NCBI GenBank assembly: GCA_002269645.1
Contig: NIVC01000552.1
Span: 40,819 to 104,818 of the forward strand
Direction: 5' to 3'
DNA from: Macrostomum lignano
Lineage: Eukaryota
DNA: 64,000 bases
Shown: one piece after another, positions 26,801-59,105 of the stretch
How the letters are laid out: the number at the start of each line of letters is the position of its first letter
How positions within the stretch are numbered: position 1 is the first letter of the stretch
Notes under the pieces: model-generated
Databases searched by the model: none
Told to the model about the DNA's origin: nothing
What the model saw: only the letters and a program-made list of their open reading frames with translations
Position numbers and translations under genes: made by a program

Positions 26801-27143
26801 CAAAGCTACTGCAGGGGGTGCTAAAGCTATTGGAAGGGGGCACGGAAGCTAAAATTTCTATCAGCCACTGAGGAGAAGTCCAGCGCCCCCTTTCTACCCG
26901 TATGCTACCTGGCTACAATCCCAGCGAATCCCCCCACCCCCCCCCCCCCCAGAGTCGCACTTGGCTTTCATAGTCTCGGACCATCGCATGGCAGTCGGGT
27001 GCAGCATCATAGTTCTGTGCCTGGCCTACGTGCTCTACCTGGCCTATCAGATCCACCTCATCCAGCAGAGCATCTCGGAGAGGCTTGAAGAGCTGCTGAA
27101 GTCGAGCAGCATTTTGAGTCCTCTGTCAGCTGTGAACCGGTGA
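20783..27143 (+). CDS. GRAM-domain, C-terminally membrane-anchored protein (GRAMD2/GRAMD3-like), spliced
   Basis: Exons 20783-20869 ([17 protein letters not shown]), 23607-23710 ([25 protein letters not shown]), 24680-24775 ([26 protein letters not shown]), 24864-24959 ([20 protein letters not shown]), 25839-25928, 26107-26344 and 26953-27143 (TM '[18 protein letters not shown]', stop). All introns are GT-AG with consistent phases. AATAAA at 27174. Confidence 0.9.
21225..21845 (+). repeat. 23-bp minisatellite (ctaggcgtgcaaaacttgagaat)
   Basis: Directly visible. Confidence 0.95.
22303..23155 (+). repeat. 12-bp minisatellite (agtgtctgtctc/tt)
   Basis: Directly visible, with higher-order periodicity. 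Confidence 0.95.
23607..23710 (+). CDS. GRAM gene exon
   Basis: tttcttgcag|...|gtgaga; [16 protein letters not shown] is the core GRAM motif. Confidence 0.92.
23975..24487 (+). repeat. 22-bp minisatellite (ctctgacacccgatattggcgc)
   Basis: Directly visible. Confidence 0.95.
24680..24775 (+). CDS. GRAM gene exon
   Basis: cccgcag|...|gtgaga; [11 protein letters not shown]. Confidence 0.92.
24864..24959 (+). CDS. GRAM gene exon
   Basis: atttcag|...|gtgagt; [10 protein letters not shown]. Confidence 0.92.
24960..25744 (+). repeat. 12-bp minisatellite of 5' splice-site copies (gtgagtgactgg)
   Basis: Starts at the first base of the intron; about 65 units. Confidence 0.97.
25839..25928 (+). CDS. 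GRAM gene exon
   Basis: atttgcag|...|gtgagc; phase 0-0. Confidence 0.75.
26107..26344 (+). CDS. GRAM gene exon (Q/P/H-rich linker)
   Basis: ccgcag|...|gtgagt; phase 0-1. Confidence 0.75.
26381..26850 (+). repeat. 21-26-bp minisatellite (ggggcgccaaagctactgca...)
   Basis: Directly visible. Confidence 0.95.
26953..27143 (+). CDS. GRAM gene terminal exon (TM anchor)
   Basis: Poly-C+ag acceptor, hydrophobic helix, TGA, and AATAAA at 27174-27179. Confidence 0.85.
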
Positions 27144-27284
27144 TCATTTGGAGACATCATGAGTGCAGCCTGCAATAAATAATACTAATATATTATCTGT
27201 GCATGGACAATGCAGCGGATTAAGTTTCACCTTCATTACTTGGCGAGTGAATGTGTCTCACATGGTGAAAGAGTGAGTGAATGC

Positions 27285-27668
27285 ATCTCCTAGTGATTGA
27301 GTGAATGCATCTCTCAGAGTGATTGAGTGAATGCATCTCTCAGAGTGATTGAGTGAATGCATCTCTCAGAGTGATTGAGTGAATGCATCTCTTAGAGTGA
27401 TTGAGTGAATGCATCTCTCGGAGTGATTGAGTGAATGCATCTCTCAGAGTGATTGAGTGAATGCATCTCTTAGAGTGATTGAGTGAATGCATCTCTCGGA
27501 GTGATTGAGTGAATGCATCTCTCAGAGTGATTGAGTGAATGCATCTCTCAGAGTGATTGAGTGAATGCATCTCTCGGAGTACATGTAGATGAGGGAATGA
27601 CTCTCTCGGAGTGCATGTAGATGAGTGAATGACTCTCTCGGAGTGCATGTAGATGAGTGAATGACTCT
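27285..27668 (+). repeat. 26-bp minisatellite (cagagtgattgagtgaatgcatctct)
   Basis: Directly visible. Confidence 0.95.
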
Positions 27669-28614
27669 CACGGTAAATACAAGTGTCTCAAAGTGAGATT
27701 AATAAAAGTACGCCAGTTTTAGTAAATCTTTGTCTTCCCAAACTTTCAGTTGTCATATGCACACTTTTTAGCCTTGTGCAATTACAGTTTTAGGTACATC
27801 AATTACCAGATTTACATATACAAAGACTTGGATTTTCATTTATCAATAAAGTTGAATTCTGACACATTGCACCTGTCTGTTTGCCGATGGGTTGGATTTT
27901 GCACGGCTGCACAACTATGAATCAGGGCACCATAAACCCGATTGCATATATAGTCAGACGCACACTTCATGAAATGTATTTCTTTTCTTTATGATAACTA
28001 GCAAGTTATAGATATAGATCGCACAGATCCTTGTGTATATTATAAATTTTCAATCATTTTATAATTACTATATGATTATGTTAAATTTGAATTTGAATTA
28101 TGATTTACCTGTTTATTATTCAAGTCAACCTACCTGTAACACTTTATAAATTTCCTAGCAATTTTTATCTGATTTGCTGCTGATAAAATTCACTGCTTGT
28201 CAAATGCGTTTTTCCCTGCCGTGTTCTTGTTGAGTCTTTCTGCGTGAGATCAGTTCTGAATAGCAACGTCAGTTAACCTTGCTTTGAGCAGAATTTGAGT
28301 GGCGCACAGAGCGCTGCAATTATAGCATTGCTTTCCTCCTAACTGTCAAGTGCAACGGAATCAGAACTGCGATGTGATTTGACGCGAACTTTTAATACTG
28401 AAACAATTATTTTTTTAAAATACTTCTCGCCATGTTTGTTTAACTGTCTGCTTCAATTTAAACTAGCGCCTGCTGTTTGATTTGGTAAAACAAAGAAAAA
28501 GTTATTAGCAATAATTCTGTTTCGGCACGACGTTTGCGTAGCCGATTTCCGTGTGTGTTTCAAAATGTTTGTTTTCAACTGTGAAACACAAAGACCAAAA
28601 ACAAAAGCACAGAG

Positions 28615-29035
28615 GCGAGAGGTAGAATGTGAGAGATGAGATGAGAGGCAAGGAAGTATGAAAGAAGAGATGGGATAGGAGAGATAATAAGAGAGATGAG
28701 AGGAGAGATTAGGAGAGAAAAAAAGATAAGATGAGAGATAATATGAGATAAGAGATGAGAAAAGAGAGAGAAGAGAGATAATTGGAAAGAGAAAAGATGA
28801 GATGAGAGATGAGAGATGAGAGGCGAGAGGCGAGAGAAGAAAGGAGATGAGAGATGAGGAAAAGGGAAAGATTAGATGAGATGAGAGACGAGAGGAGAGA
28901 GGAGATGAAAGATGAGGAGAGAGGAAAGATTAGATGAGATGAGAGATGAGAGGAGATGAGAGAAGAGGAGAGATGAGAATAAGATAAGAGAAAAGATAAG
29001 GGGAAGGAGAGAGGATAGAGAAGAGAGCTGAGAAA
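28615..29035 (+). repeat. GA-rich low-complexity tract
   Basis: Directly visible. Confidence 0.9.
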
Positions 29036-29586
29036 GCCTCAAGTTGGGTTGGAGTTTGCCAACAATGTTTAGGTTCAATGTGCTGTTGTTTGCACTCGCT
29101 ACAATAACCGATTATAAAAAAAGCAAAGGCAGAAAAGTCCAGACAAGATTTGATAGCCACTGGAAACATAAATAATATAGAAGCATTATTCTGTGAATAA
29201 ACAATCAGATAATGATCAGAACTTATAAGTAGTTTATGCATTTTCCATGCACAAGTAAATAATATGAATAAATAAGCATACTAGTAGTTATGTACTCATG
29301 TATTGCTCGCAGTGACAGGTGCGATTGGGTCATAAATTAACCGATTATGAAGTGAAAAATTCTACAGCAATTCAAGTTACCTACAGGATATTGTTACAAG
29401 CAAAATATTACACTATTGGCAACTGGCAAGGAAACCAGATTGACAGGTTAGAGGACTCAGGTTAATTAGTCATTGTTATAATAACAATCAGCTTTAATAC
29501 ACATGATAAAATGATTTGCACAAGAGAAGCTGTGTATATATGCTCAAGTCTGCTCAGAAAGTCATCATCTGCTTGAAAGTTTCGTG

Positions 29587-31225
29587 AGAGAGAGATTGAG
29601 AATCAGGGTGAGACTGAGGTGAGAGAGATTGAGAATCAGGGTAAGACTGAGATGAGAGAGATTGACAATCAAGGTGAGGGAGATTGAGAATCAGAGTGAG
29701 ACTGAGATGAGAGAGATTGACAATCAAGATGAGGGAGATTGAGAATCAGGGTGAGACTGAGGTGAGAGATTGAGAATCAGGGTGAGACTGAGGTGAGAAA
29801 GATTGACAATCAAGGTGAGGGAGATTGAGAATCAGGGTGAGACTGAGGTGAGAGATTGAGAATCAGGGTGAGACTGAGGTGAGAAAGATTGACAATCAAG
29901 GTGAGGGAGATTGAGAATCAGGGTGAGACTGAGATGAGATATTGAGAATCAGGGTGAGACTGAGGTGAGAGAGATTGAGAATCAGGGTGAGACTGAGGTG
30001 AGAGAGATTGAGAATCAGGGTGAGACTGAGGTGAGAGAGATTGAGAATCAGGGTGAGACTGAGGTGAGAAAGATTGACAATCAAGGTGAGGGAGATTGAG
30101 AATCAGGGTGAGACTGAGATGAGAGAGATTGAGAATCAAGGTGAGGGAGATTGAGAATCAGGGTGAGACTGAGGTGAGAGATTGAGAATCAGGGTGAGAC
30201 TGAGGTGAGAAAGATTGACAATCAAGGTGAGGGAGATTGAGAATCAGGGTGAGACTGAGATGAGAGATTAAGAATCAGGGTGAGACTGAGGTGAGAGAGA
30301 TTGAGAATCAGGGTGAGACTGAGGTGAGAGAGATTGAAAATCAGGGTGAGACTGAGGTGAGAGAGATTGAGAATCAGGGTGAGACTGAGGTGAGAAAGAT
30401 TGACAATCAAGGTGAGGGAGATTGAGAATCAGGGTGAGACTGAGATGAGAGAGATTGAGAATCAAGGTGAGGGAGATTGAGAATCAGGGTGAGACTGAGG
30501 TGAGAGATTGAGAATCAGGGTGAGACTGAGGTGAGAGAGATTGAGAATCAGGGTGAGACTGAGATGAGAGAAATTGAGACTGAGGTGAGAGAGATTGAGA
30601 ATCAAGGTGAGACTGAGATGAGAGAAATTGAGAATCAAGGTGAGGGAGATTGAGAATCAGGGTAAGACTGAGATGAGAGAGATTGACAATCAAGGTGAGG
30701 GAGATTGAGAATCAGGGTGAGACTGAGGTGAGAGATTGAGAATCAGGGTGAGACTGAGATGAGAGAGATTGAGAATCAGGGTGAGACTGAGGTGAGAGAG
30801 ATTGAGAATCAGGGTGAGACTGAGGTGTGAGAGAGATTGAGAATCAGGGTGAGACTGAGATGAGAGAAATTGAAAATCAAGGTGAGGGAGATTGAGAATC
30901 AGAGTGAGACTGAGATGAGAGAGATTGAGAATCAGGGTGAGACTGAGGTGAGAAAGATTGACAATCAAGGTGAGGGAGATTGAGAATCAGGGTGAGACTG
31001 AGATGAGAGAGATTGAGAATCAGGGTGAGACTGAGGTGTGAGAGAGATTGAGAATCAGGGTGAGACTGAGGTGTGAGAGAGATTGAGAATCAGGGTGAGA
31101 CTGAGGTGAGAGAGATTGAGAATCAGGGTGAGACTGAGATGAGAGAGATTGAGAATCAAGGTGAGACTGAGGTGAGGGAGATTGAGAATCAAGGTGAGAC
31201 TGAGGTGATGGCGATTTATTAAGAA
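29587..31225 (+). repeat. About 33-bp minisatellite (gattgagaatcagggtgagactgaggtgagaga) with higher-order variants
   Basis: Directly visible. Confidence 0.96.
31215..31220 (-). terminator. Candidate polyadenylation signal of the DENND4-like gene
   Basis: AATAAA on the minus strand about 410 nt past the stop codon. Confidence 0.5.
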
Positions 31226-31629
31226 TCAAGCAGCAATAATCCTATATAATGCAAACATTGCAGGTGTTATGGTTACACACACAAACCCAAGTCTGCATTA
31301 CTATAGAGAAAAATGACCGAATATAATTAGCAGGAAAATTCCAATTAATCACATGCTGGCTAATCAGGACTTAATGAGGAATGTGTCACTTTTTAATCAG
31401 GTATAAATAACAATGATCAAAGCAAATTAAATATCCCCTTAATTACAAGCAGAGCAATAAAGTCAGAGATACCATTGATTTTAAGGACTTCTTATATCAG
31501 ATATGAATAATAATTAATCTACTACTCTAAATCCCAACTTGATCTTATAAGATGCACACAGATTATTATGTAATAATAAATCATGGAATGGATTGCTAGT
31601 CTATCCTAAGACTAATTATATCGCACAGT

Positions 31630-52101
<20,472 letters not shown>

Positions 52102-53339
52102 CTATGCAAGTCTAAATACTCAGATTAGAATTTCAACACAAAGACATGCTTTGCTAGTCTTTTTCCTTGAATTTCACTAACTAGATTGCATAAATAGCAA
52201 CTGTAAGGTAGATAATGCTTGTCTATTGTTCATGAAAAAATAGGGCATGAAAAACACTTGGTGACTTAAAACGAAAGATTAGCAAACTAAAATAAGTATT
52301 AAATCCTTAATAATTATTAGAATATAAATTTCTTAGTATCCTTATTTATACATATATAGCAATCAGGTAATGTCTACTCATGTCTAGCTAGCTAAATCAA
52401 GTATATATATTGCAAAAACTGAGAACAGAACAAATATTTTAAGGCTACACAAGAAAAACATTTTAAAATTAATTAAAAAAAACTTTTTATGACAAAGAAA
52501 AAAGTTAAAGCCTAGAAAAGTGATAAACAAGCGCCGCGAAACAAGGGGGGGACAGAGGGGGCATTGAGTTGGGGGGGGCATTGAGTTGGGGGGGCATTGT
52601 CCCCCTTAAATACAGTTCAACAGCATAATTTTTCTTACATTTAAAATTGTTTAAATTTACTGAACTTGTCTATATCACACAGCAGCATGCAAGACAGGGT
52701 AGGGCAGAGCCGTGCTAGGGCCAAGGGGTCTCGTTCATAGAAGCCCATACTTTGTACCCTAAACTGTACAAGTGCCAGATGCCCACCTCCCTCTGGCTCT
52801 GATTTGCTAGCTGGGCCTGGGCTCTGATAAATAAAACGTTTTTGGGGTGGCATGTGGGGTCTAGGACACAAGCAGTAGTACACTCATACCAATCACACAA
52901 CAGGGGTTGGTGTTTTTATTTCCTGATTTCTGAACCTACACAGTATATACATTTAAAGAAAGACCTCTTTGTTGTTAAAGATTTATCTAGAGCTGTAGAG
53001 CTAATATAATTAATGCCTCAATATCCAGTTTCCACTCCTACATCAAATTCTATTTTTAATTCTTCATCATTACATTACAGCAACTAGCTATAGCAAACTA
53101 AGTTTGATTGAGCATTACATTACAGCAACTAGCTATAGCAAACTAAGTTTGATTGCTATAAAACTTCTGGCCAAGTAGCTTGTAGATATTACTTTTTCAT
53201 CAATTTTTTATATATTAACTACAATAATATATGTGGATGACTAATATATAAATCTAAATATACTAAATCTCTAAGGTTTGTATGTTTGCTTGTCTATAAT
53301 GCTCTAGTAATACTACTATAAGCAATCCACCACCAAGTA

Positions 53340-55380
53340 AGCGATTTAAGCAGACAAGACTATGTTTTTGCCAAGTACTACTAGCTCTGCATCAGCCACT
53401 GACACTTCTGTGTCTATATGTATTTCTGGGGCTAGGACTGCAGGGATTGATCCAGTCAATGACAATGCTTTGGCATCAATAGCTGAAAATGCCAAGTCTA
53501 CAGCAAATCAGCAGGTATTCAGTGAGCTTCCTGAAGCAGTTCCAACAATGTTTCCAGATGCAATACCATCAGTGAGTAACAAATCTTATATCACTGACAC
53601 TGTCACGCAATCACAACAGACGAATGCAAAAGGCAGCTGTACATCTCTGCCTGAACAGCCTTTTCAATGAAAGCAATTTGTTTTTCCAACCAAAACCATA
53701 AGTGGCTCATCAAGAAGCTTTCAACTATCCTGGTTTGAAAAACACCCTTGGATGCACTGTTATATTGAATGATAGTGTGCAATGCTTTTCTTGTCTGACT
53801 GCTCACAAGCGAGGCTTGTTTCTACCAGGTACAAAAGTCGAGATGACTCTTATTGATGGCTTCTCAAACTAGAAAAAGCCAGAAAAGTTTTTGTTGCATA
53901 AAAGAAGTGAAAACACCGATAGGCTACAAGATTGCTCTTGGGTCAGAGAGATGCATTGATTTGTGAGCAGCTTCAAACATGCCACCATGCATGTTGGGTT
54001 TTGGTTTTGGAATTGTGGTTTTGCAGACAATGTTTGACACTGCTAGCTCTCTGCTTTCACAAGGTCTAGCATTCTAGGGCCATGAGTTCAGCAATGGAAA
54101 TTACTTTGAACTTCTACACTTGCGATCAAAGGAAATACCCGCATTGAAAAGTTGGCTTATTTTTCATGACAATTGGCTATTGCATGATATGCAAAATGAG
54201 ATAATCTCTATTATTGCAAGCGCTGTTACGAAGGTAGTGACGACTGGTATTCAAAGAGAAAGTTTTTTTTCTGTTCTCGCTGATTCAACCTAGGATATTA
54301 GTGGCTCTGAACAACTAAGCATAGTTTTCCCTGCTGTTAACAATAGCTTCACTGTTCAGGACACATTTTTTGGGTTCTACTGCCTCCGATGCAAAAGGTT
54401 CTACTATGGCCAATGCACTGATGGATATCTGTATTTGTTTACAAATCAACCTAGGAAATTGTTGTGGATTTGGGTTTGATGGAGCCAGCAACATGAATGG
54501 AGCAATTAAAGGTGCACGAGCTATTTTGCAGGAAAAGCATCCAAGTGCACTCTATTATCATTGCGCCAACCATGCCCTAGATCTGTGCATCCAAGAGGCC
54601 TGCAAAGAGGAGCAAGTGATCTATGATGCTTTAGAGCATGTAAAGTGCATGACCAACTTTATCTGCAAGTCAGGAAAAAGACTTAGCACTTATTCCAATG
54701 TTAAGGCAGTGTTGCAAATTGAATATGAGGACTCAGCTGAGTCAAATGAAAGCAGCAGCTTCTAAAAAAAAATTGTTTTGTCTTACTCGGGGGATAGTGC
54801 GAGTGCGATATTTGGTTTTAGGTTCAACCAGCCTGGAATCAGGATTGCAAGGCAGATGGAAACCCTCCTTCTGCAAGCTACAAAAGGCAATTATCTTGAT
54901 CCTAATGGGGGAATTCTTGCAGGAATTCTGGCCAATGCTAACAGTTTGCAAGTCAACTTGGAAGACTTTTGTCTAGATGACCTCCATTCTGAGCTTCATT
55001 CATTGCTTCTAATTGTTGTATAGTAGACAGGACAACAGTAGGTCAAGAGCTTCAGCAATGTCGTTGCTATTTTTTGAACCACCAGCCCATCGGCTTTGGA
55101 ATTCATTCCTCAATCAGTAAAGCTTCTCAAGCTAATCTTGTCTCTGCCTTATTCAGTAGCAGCAGTTGAGAAGACATTTAGTGCTCTTTGTAGAATTAAG
55201 ACTTGGATGCAGCCAACAATGACACAGCGTCGACTCTCTGATGTGTCAGTAAGTCACATGCATAGAGATGTTGTAAAGGGCTTGGATTTTCTGGCTCTTT
55301 CCTGGACCTTTGCTGATCATACATCTGAGCACCACGCTATCTTTGGAGTGCAAGCCGAAGTGCAAAAGCAATTATAAACA
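53340..55380 (+). pseudogene. Decayed hAT transposase (TTF zinc finger / DUF4371 / hAT dimerisation; ZMYM1-like)
   Basis: Fragments 'RSFQLSWFEKHPW', 'GFGFDGASNMNG..KG', 'YYHCANHALDL', 'KLLKLILSLPYSVAAVEKTFSALCRIKTW..TMTQRRLS'. Many stops and frameshifts. Confidence 0.88.
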
Positions 55381-55481
55381 CACAAGTTGTTGCTATAGTT
55401 ACATCTGTCTGAATGCACTATTTGCGTCATAAAAGTAATATTAACTTTTCATTTATACTAATTCTGCTTTTTTAAGTCAGC

Positions 55482-55810
55482 TAGGGGTCAGTGAACTTAT
55501 CTTATTAAGGGCCAATCAGATAATCTAGCACATGACTACAGGCCAGAGGAGAGAGAGGAGAGGGTCAGAGGAATACGAGCTAGACAAGAGAAATAGGAGA
55601 ATGAAAGGCAAAGGATCATAAAGGAGAGGAGACAAGAGGAGAGAAACATGAAATTGGAGAGGAAAGAGTAGAGGAGAGGAGATAAGAGAAGAGGACAGGA
55701 AAGGAGAGGAGATGAGCAGGCTAGATTGCTATTTTGAAGTTTCAAAGGACCCTAAGGCTAGATAGAGATGCTTTGTGGGTTGCATATGGGCCAGAGTTTG
55801 CTGACCCCTA
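55482..55810. mobile_element. Small Charlie/hAT-like MITE remnant
   Basis: Imperfect 16-bp TIRs taggggtcagtgaact and agtttgctgaccccta; no clean TSD. Confidence 0.4.
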
Positions 55811-58800
55811 TTCTAAATCTAAGTGTATACATACAAATGCCTTAAAATATGTCATTAGCACTATCTTTAATCTACAAGTGGCACTCTATTGTTCACTCTA
55901 CTGAGTATCACTCACTTTATACTGTTCACTCTGCACATTAAATTACACTTAGCTAACTTTAATTTTTCACTCTATGCCTATTGTTCACTCTAATGTTCAT
56001 TTGTTAACAAATATCCTAAACCCCGAGGAGGACAACCTTTTATACATTATGAGTCAGTGATAGTGAGCAATTTTAAAAGACCAAAAATGCTTTTTAGATA
56101 CATATATTTTGTCTTTGTCAAAAGCTATTATATTAGCTGGGTTAAATCAAAAGTTCCCTATTAAAAAAGTTATTTTAATTTCAAAATATTTATATTATTA
56201 TATTATAAAACATTGAATTTTAAATATATTTTCAAAAAGCTACTACTTGAAATAAAAAGCTACTTGAAATTACTACTTGAACTTGAACTTACTTGAACTT
56301 GAAGCTACTTGAACTACTTGAAAAAAATAATTTATACTCTTAAAATAGCAGACTTTTCTATTTTTCATTTAAAAAAATTAAAGATGTTTTGAACAAAAGT
56401 TACCACTGCCAAGTTAGTATACAATCTATAAATTTCTAAAAAATATATAAAAGACTATTTAATATATATAGCAGCAAATTTAGTCTAGGCCCTATAACTT
56501 ATTTAATTTTCAATGAAAAGATTTCCTAGATAAAAGAAAGCAAAGTTGGGCTTTAAATGCCTTGCCTAAGGTCAAGGACACAAACTATTCTATATAGAAT
56601 AATTAGGGGAATTAAATCCCTAACCTTCAAGTCATCAATCATTATAATTCTAATGCTCTAACTACTACTAGGCTTAGGCCTAGCCTATAATCCTTATATA
56701 ATCCCAAGTAAAGGTTATAGCCCAGTGGAGAAAAAATAGATATTGTATAGTATAGCTTAAATATTGTATGTCATTGCATTATATTAATTATAAATATATA
56801 TTAGTAGAATGTACTAATAATATAATACAATGACAATGTTAATCAATATTATTTATTAGAGGCAAGGGGTTGTATGCACCTTGGTGCACTTTAAGCAACA
56901 AAGGCACACAATTGGCAAGAAGCATTACTGCCTATTCTGCCAACTCCCCTGAATAGACATATAAGCGCGCGGATATGTACATAGGCACATATTCACACAT
57001 AAGTGTATAGGCCTAGTGGCCCTAATTTTATTTTATTGTTAGGCATATACACTTCACTCCACCTTGGGGTTGGCTCTCAAGGCCATTAATTTATATATGC
57101 GCAACCCCCTTAATTTACACTGGCCATGCAACTTACTTTTTGATCAAAATGCAACTTACCTCTACCTGTGAAAGAAACCCTAAAGCAACATTAATACAAT
57201 TTTGGGTAAATGGCAAGAATAACTATGAATCTCTTATAAGAGCTTAATGCCTTGTCATCTAATTAGTACTAACATACTACATCTGTATTCTTTGGGGGTG
57301 GGTATTTTTGCGAATTACCCCTAGTCCACCACAATTTACAGTGGCCAGATCGGCCAGCAGTTGCACATATATAATTAATTGCACGAGCAGATCCAAGCCA
57401 AGATTCCAATTCAGCCCCAAATTAATGTGACTGCACTAGGTCGAATCGAGCCTGGGTCGCTGGCTGCTGGCACACCAGAGTAGCTGCACTACTGCTAGCC
57501 ATGCTAGGCTATGGGCCCCCTTGTTAATCATTAAGATATGCAGAAATATTGACATTAAATAGGCCTACAATTTAATGGTTAAAATGTTCAATGGTCTGCC
57601 AGTTTGGTAAAAACAGACTGTTTAAAATATTTTTATCTTTAGTCTATCTACAGTAAGTAGGCCTATATATTAATATATACCCAAATAAATCAATAATCCA
57701 ATATATAATTTGAATTTGAATTAAAAACTGTAACAAAAAGTCTCAAGAACGAAAAGTGATGTGATGTAAGTTGTTGCCATTCAAGGCCCTGACCCTCTCC
57801 CATCTTGCTGGCAATGCCTTGATCCCCTCCCCTCCTAGAAGCTCGCAGGCTTTGAATATATCCATTTCTATATTACCTGCTCCACATGTTGCTTGTTAGC
57901 AGACTACATGGGGGCCCATCTAGAAGCCTCTTCACATTACCAATTCCAGAACCAAAATCGGTTCGGATCTTCCAAGAAAAACAGCAGTATAACTATTTAA
58001 CTCTGTTAATATTTGACTGCCTTAACAGCCTCACTTTGCACAATTTTTCACTTTCTTCTTGGCGATTTTCATTCAATAATTAAGAGGTTATAGCAAGTAT
58101 ATCCCTCTAGTTAAGGACACAAAAAGTTATACTTTACAAATTGGTTCTGGTTCTAGAACCAGAACAAGCAATATGAAGAGCCTCAAGGTCGATTACATGG
58201 TGTCTAGCCACACTAAGCTTGACACTACTACCGTTTAACTTAACTCAAATTCTGCAAAAACCGAGGTAATCGTGGCTGCTTCCATTACATTCGATAAGAA
58301 GTTTTTTTATTTTTTATTTCTTCACTAATCCTCTAATCCTTTTAACTTACTGCCTCAACAGGATTGGGTATAATTTGTTAAAGTGAACAATTGCGCACCA
58401 TTTCGTCTTGGGTAGAAGCGTTGATCAAGGTGCTGATCAATATACTGTTAAAGCAACTCGCCCCGTTCGTTCGAGTCCCCGCGACCGTTTCGATTGAAGT
58501 CGATAATGTTTTACTTTGATTCAAGGACATCCTAACGTCCTTGGTTTGAAGTTTTAGATCCTTAGGTCGTAGGTCCTTAGGTCCTTGTGTTTTAGACACG
58601 CCTTATAATTTAATTCCCACTAGAGACAGATGACCTCCGCAATTTTATTGCCACAAACTAATTGCACACTGTCGATTGTAGATCGATGTTACATAGTAAT
58701 TATTAAAGTAAATTATTAGCAACGAATATAGTAGTTTAATTGTCTCTTAATCGTTAGGTATTATTGAAATCATGCAATTTTCTATAAATTAAAAAAATTC

Positions 58801-59105
58801 ACAAAGTGAAAATTTTACAGGCAGCTCTTAATATCCTCTCAACAAACTTTTTTGCACATGTTATATCAACTGCGATATTGCAGCTATATACATTTGTATT
58901 TGGCAAGAGCAGCGATTGACTTCGGCTCACTCGTATACACCGCATGACGCCCAGTTTTCCATGACTACGAGTATCGCTCAGGTGTACTTCAGGTGAAGGG
59001 ATGAAATATACAGTGAGAGCTAGAGTTTCAACTGATTTGTAGCGGCCGCTTAAACCGAAAATTCGTGCTTGCTTCGACTGGGATGCATTCAAGTCAATCC
59101 AGATT

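Noticed and set aside
52534-52600. G-run cluster (G-quadruplex-like) or hAT terminus
   Set aside because: Short triple duplication with no matching opposite TIR located and no functional evidence.
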